From positions 8,877 through 72,876 of the forward strand of contig JBHHTW010000008.1 in assembly GCA_046861385.1 (NCBI GenBank): 64,000 nt of DNA, read 5' to 3'. A model generated the notes under the pieces. That model ran no database searches and was not told the origin of the DNA. It worked only from the letters and a program-made list of their open reading frames with translations. The DNA comes from Fidelibacterota bacterium (GTDB taxonomy: Bacteria > Fidelibacterota > Marinisomatia > Marinisomatales > TCS55). How positions within the stretch are numbered: position 1 is the first letter of the stretch; every line of letters begins with the position of its first letter. Positions 60,215 to 64,000 of the stretch are shown piece after piece. The position numbers and the translations under genes were made by a program.

Positions 60215-61174
60215 ATGATTCAAGGAAAGATGGGCAGATATATATATTCTGTGAGTATAATAATTGTATTTACAATATTCTGTTTAAACCTGTTTTCTTT
60301 CGAAGATAATGAAAACAATACATTCAGTTTTGATTTCAATTATGAAGTTGTTTTCGATCAAGCGGGAATAATGGAGGCATGGATACCTGTTCCTCAAAAC
60401 GGAATCTTTCAAACAATCGAGAAGTTATCTGTTGAAACAAATTTACCCTATCGTATGGAAGTTGATTCAATTTATCATAATTTATTTTTACATGTCCCGC
60501 CTTTGGATTTTAGCGGAATAGATACATTAAAACTTCAATTTAGGGTTCACCGACAAGAAGCCTCCACTTACGAAGACGAATTGAAGAATTCCACTCCAGA
60601 TCTATTTTTACAACCCTATGTGAAAGTTCCCTTAGACCCCGGTTTCTATTCCTTAACAGACTCACTGAACGGAAATGGTATATCAAATCCAAGAAATATT
60701 TATGAATTAATCTTGAACCATATGCAATATGACAAGTCCGGAAAAGGCTGGGGATTAGGAGATGCTGTCTATGCATGCGATGTTGGAAAAGGGAACTGCA
60801 CTGACTATCATAGTTTATTCAATGCTCTAATGCGGCTCCGGGAAATCCCTGCGCGATTTAATATCGGTTTTCCCATCCCAAAAGGCTCTTCGGGGCAAGT
60901 CACGGGGTACCATTGCTGGACTGAATTTTCCCAAGATGGTACAAATTGGACTCCTGTGGATATTTCAAACGCGGATAAAAACCCAGGCAAAGAGAATTAC
61001 TATTTTGGTTCTCTGGATAATCGCCGAGTGAAGTTTACAGTTGGACGGGATATTCCTTTACCTGGAGGAACAGAAGAGGATGTAGTGAATTTTTCTATCT
61101 ATCCGTATGTGAAAACAGATGGTGTCGTCTCGAAAGGCACCACGACCCGTTTTAGATATACAATCCTGGACTAA
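60215..61174 (+). CDS. Transglutaminase-like domain protein
   Basis: GNCTDYHSLF, YHCW, WTPVD catalytic triad pattern; N-terminal hydrophobic segment. Confidence 0.88.
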   Translation: MIQGKMGRYIYSVSIIIVFTIFCLNLFSFEDNENNTFSFDFNYEVVFDQAGIMEAWIPVPQNGIFQTIEKLSVETNLPYRMEVDSIYHNLFLHVPPLDFSGIDTLKLQFRVHRQEASTYEDELKNSTPDLFLQPYVKVPLDPGFYSLTDSLNGNGISNPRNIYELILNHMQYDKSGKGWGLGDAVYACDVGKGNCTDYHSLFNALMRLREIPARFNIGFPIPKGSSGQVTGYHCWTEFSQDGTNWTPVDISNADKNPGKENYYFGSLDNRRVKFTVGRDIPLPGGTEEDVVNFSIYPYVKTDGVVSKGTTTRFRYTILD

Positions 61175-61180
61175 GTTATT

Positions 61181-61747
61181 TTATTCCGGGGTTTCTTCTT
61201 TGTCTAATTTCACCTTTTTCCAGACACCATTTTCTTCAGCCCAACCATAGCGTTCGACGCTGTCTTCTTTATGGACTGAGAATTTATTGAAAGCAATTTT
61301 TTCAACTGATTCCCCTTCCATAAAGACATCTAAATCATAGACTTTTCCATTTTGAGCTTTAAAATCAGCACAGGCAAAATACAAATCGTCTCCGACCCCT
61401 GACAGGCGATCTTTGTGAACTCTGATTAAAGTAAGTTCCAAATTTTCTCCTGTTTTTGGATCCTTAACAACGAATTTTTCATTTTCACCTGATTGGGTCT
61501 TAACATAATCTTCCACGGCTTCAGCTAAGGCCTCTTTAGTTAATGGCGTTGCATTAGCCTCTGAAGGATGTTCTTGTGGATGTTCAGCCGGATGCTCTGT
61601 CTGACTTTGAGAAGGGTGTTCTTTCGGATGCTCCTGGGCAGTAAGAGGAATGAAAAAAAAGGATAATGCCACAATACAAGCCCGGTTGGTTTTGTTGATT
61701 ATTAACATTGGTTGCCTCATTCTTGTTAAAGAAATATAGGTTAACAT
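61181..61747 (-). CDS. Exported hypothetical protein with EHP repeats (start uncertain, possibly about 61708-61720)
   Basis: Signal-like segment followed by QEHPKEHP..TEHPAEHPQEHP. Confidence 0.7.
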   Translation of the reverse strand: MLTYISLTRMRQPMLIINKTNRACIVALSFFFIPLTAQEHPKEHPSQSQTEHPAEHPQEHPSEANATPLTKEALAEAVEDYVKTQSGENEKFVVKDPKTGENLELTLIRVHKDRLSGVGDDLYFACADFKAQNGKVYDLDVFMEGESVEKIAFNKFSVHKEDSVERYGWAEENGVWKKVKLDKEETPE

Positions 61748-61856
61748 CCACTTTGGGACAAATCATTTAGTGAAAATATATCATTTGAAAAATACCTAAG
61801 ATAATTTTTTGTCATTTTTCATAAACTGAAGGTAATACTCATTTTAAAAAAACCAT

Positions 61857-62657
61857 CTAATCACTAATTCTGAACATTTCCTTTTTTAATTGTTTCTCAG
61901 GATTAAAGAATTTTCGGTAAATCAACTCCTGAGTCAGAACATTCACCAATGTGGCCGTAGTTAGCCACATATACATAATCATAATCTGATAACGAACGGC
62001 AATCAATGGATCAATTCCGGCCAGAATCTGACCCGTCATCACCCCGGGGATTTGGACCAATCCTACCATCATTAATCCATTAATGTTAGGAATTAATGCT
62101 GCGCGAATAGCTTCCCTGATGGACGGGTCTATCGCAGCTCTTGGTGGCGCTCCAAGCGCAAGGAAGGTTTCAATTTCATTTTCTCTGTGCTGTATTTCAC
62201 TGACCAGCCGATTGGTTGTCAGGGTAGTGGAATTTAATCCATTTCCAATAATCATTCCGGCCAACGGAATCATTGCATAAGGATAATACCAGGGATGAAC
62301 ATCAAGAATTAATTTTATAATTGTCCCCAATACAAGTATAACAGTTACCGACATACTCAGTGCCGTTACTATAAAGTATCCTTTAATTGGAACCTCCAAA
62401 CGCTTTCTAGCTTCAAAACTGGCAACGAGAATCATGAAAATGATCAAACAAACCATAAAGCTCCAATGATCCTGTTTAAAGAAAAAGGTCAGTACATATC
62501 CCATGATGGACAATTGAATAAACGTTCGGATGGTTCCGATCAATACCGTTTTTTCCAACCCGATGCGAAACCATTTTATTAGAAACAGACAAAAACCAAC
62601 CAAAATGAGAGAGATCCAGACATCTGTCCAGGAAATAATAGTAAAAGAAGGGTCCAT
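61857..62657 (-). CDS. fetB: ABC transporter permease, FetB/YbbM (UPF0014) family
   Basis: RTFIQL, IPLAGMIIGN, LALGA, GLVQIPGVMTGQILAG..AVRYQIMI. Confidence 0.88.
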   Translation of the reverse strand: MDPSFTIISWTDVWISLILVGFCLFLIKWFRIGLEKTVLIGTIRTFIQLSIMGYVLTFFFKQDHWSFMVCLIIFMILVASFEARKRLEVPIKGYFIVTALSMSVTVILVLGTIIKLILDVHPWYYPYAMIPLAGMIIGNGLNSTTLTTNRLVSEIQHRENEIETFLALGAPPRAAIDPSIREAIRAALIPNINGLMMVGLVQIPGVMTGQILAGIDPLIAVRYQIMIMYMWLTTATLVNVLTQELIYRKFFNPEKQLKKEMFRISD

Positions 62658-63383
62658 CTAATTCGGATTTCCTAAAAAGCGCCTTGCTAACTCAGTCCGT
62701 GGATCGGTTAATATTTGACTGGTTCCCTTTTCAATAACCATCCCATTAATCAGAAAAGCCGCCCGGGAAGTATATTGAATCATTTGTTGTATATTATGAC
62801 TCACCATGATAATGGTGACGTTCATTTGATCCCGGAGATGGTTAATGATATTTAAAATCTGGTTTCCCAGTCTTGGATCCAAATTTGCCGTAGGTTCATC
62901 TAATAGTAAGACTTCCGGTTTATTTAACAATGTTCTCGCCAGCGCTAAACGCTGCTTTTCACCTCCAGATAAAGATCGGGCATCTTTTTCCAGCAAATCT
63001 TTTGATAATTCAACCTGTGCAAGTATACCAAGCAACTCTGCATCACTTACAGAAAACAACTTATCCCATTCTTTCCGAATGAGCAGATTCCCCCGGACTG
63101 TTTCGCTGAGTATGGCTGGATTTTGGAATACCATCCCTATTTCTTTTCTCAGTATTTGATAATCTCCCTGTGGAATAGAGATCCCTTTATAGAAAATCTG
63201 TCCTGAATCAAAAGATTCTAATCCATTTAATAATCGAAGTAAGGTTGTTTTTCCACAACCGGACGGGCCGACGACACTGAAGAATTCACCAGGCGCGATC
63301 TCCATATCAATATGTTTCAGTATGGATTTACCCCCGGCGGTTTTAGAAATATTTTTTAATTGAAATAAGGGGATTTTTGACAA
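62658..63383 (-). CDS. ABC transporter ATP-binding protein (FetA/YbbL-like)
   Basis: GPSGCGKTT, LSGGEKQR, LLLDEPT, SH; adjacent to fetB. Confidence 0.9.
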   Translation of the reverse strand: MSKIPLFQLKNISKTAGGKSILKHIDMEIAPGEFFSVVGPSGCGKTTLLRLLNGLESFDSGQIFYKGISIPQGDYQILRKEIGMVFQNPAILSETVRGNLLIRKEWDKLFSVSDAELLGILAQVELSKDLLEKDARSLSGGEKQRLALARTLLNKPEVLLLDEPTANLDPRLGNQILNIINHLRDQMNVTIIMVSHNIQQMIQYTSRAAFLINGMVIEKGTSQILTDPRTELARRFLGNPN

Positions 63384-63388
63384 AAGTT

Positions 63389-63709
63389 TTATGACTTTTC
63401 TTGAGATAATTCTAATAATTGATCAATGGTATAAATCCCTGTAGCGTGACCATCGGCCCAAAAAGGTCGCAATCCATAATATCCAACTGGTTGAATCCCT
63501 TTTAATCGGTAACTTAATGGTGTCAATTTTTTTGGTGGACCAATGTAGGTATTCCCGAGGGCGTCTTTTTCACCGACACAACCCGCACAAGGACAGTTAT
63601 CCCGAAGTATTATTAGTGGTATGGCTGAATCAGTTTCGTTCGACCACTGGATTAGTAGTAAATCGTTTACGATTTCTGTTTGGTTAATTTGAACTTGTTC
63701 ATTGCTCAT
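63389..63709 (-). CDS. DUF971 / GBBH-like N-terminal domain protein
   Basis: LRDNCPCAGC, PVGYYGL..WADGHATGIY. Confidence 0.85.
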   Translation of the reverse strand: MSNEQVQINQTEIVNDLLLIQWSNETDSAIPLIILRDNCPCAGCVGEKDALGNTYIGPPKKLTPLSYRLKGIQPVGYYGLRPFWADGHATGIYTIDQLLELSQEKS

Positions 63710-63773
63710 GATTCTTGGAATGCGTTTTTCGGACGGCTAAATTTGCTACTCTTAAACAATCTAATAAAAGAAT

Positions 63774-64000
63774 TTTCGGGCGATTAGTTCCCTACACTTT
63801 CGCTTCGGTAGACAGGCGACGGAAAGCCTGCCCGCCGGAGGAACGAAGGCGGGGCAGCTGGGTAACCAGCTTCGCAGTATAGTAATTGAAAATGTTTCGG
63901 GCGATTAGCTCCCTCCTGCATCACCTACCGGTGATTTCGGCGGACGGGCAGCTGGGTAACCAGCTTCGCAGTATAGTAATTGAAAATGTTTCGGGCGATT
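63774..64000 (+). repeat. Direct-repeat array of tRNA-5'-end-like units with variable hairpin inserts, running off the window
   Basis: Exact 55-bp repeat at 63852-63906 and 63946-64000; GGGCGATT starts at 63778, 63899 and 63993. Confidence 0.85.

Noticed and set aside
63774-64000. CRISPR array
   Set aside because: The repeat is at least 55 bp and tRNA-like, only two full copies are visible, the inserts are unequal self-complementary hairpins, and no cas genes are in the window.
63993-64000. Annotating a tRNA gene
   Set aside because: Only 8 nt are visible; no anticodon or T-arm can be seen.

Overview
AT-rich bacterial window, probably from an FCB-superphylum lineage such as Ca. Marinimicrobia; this is an inference from the YPNPFNP-type C-terminal sorting domains, the PorV-like barrel and the gene content. 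There are four blocks. (1) 1-18.6 kb: a selenium-dependent molybdenum hydroxylase / purine-degradation cluster (ygfK partial, xdhB/C-like, two fold-type-II PLP enzymes, carbamate kinase, ygeW, ygeY, ssnA, xdhA-like, ade; divergent yqeC-mocA-yqeB-xdhC). (2) 18.9-25 kb: acs, an SSS symporter and a tandem GAPDH pair whose first member lacks the catalytic Cys. (3) 25-53 kb: a large alpha-glucan utilisation locus (four GH13s, GT4, SSS symporter, phosphorylase, MalQ, TrmB regulator, and a SusD-less PPIase / TonB receptor / large acidic protein / PorV-like cassette plus a multi-CBM protein). A previously unannotated 22-bp palindrome, AGTRACTCA-N4-TGAGTTACT, occurs four times in promoters of blocks 2 and 3. 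(4) 53-64 kb: an FG-GAP protein; an operon of a TlpA thioredoxin, a candidate selenocysteine-containing outer-membrane beta-barrel missed by the ORF track (in-frame TGA plus SECIS-like hairpin), a beta-propeller and a CBM-esterase; gpmA and other genes; and a terminal array of tRNA-5'-like direct repeats with hairpin inserts.
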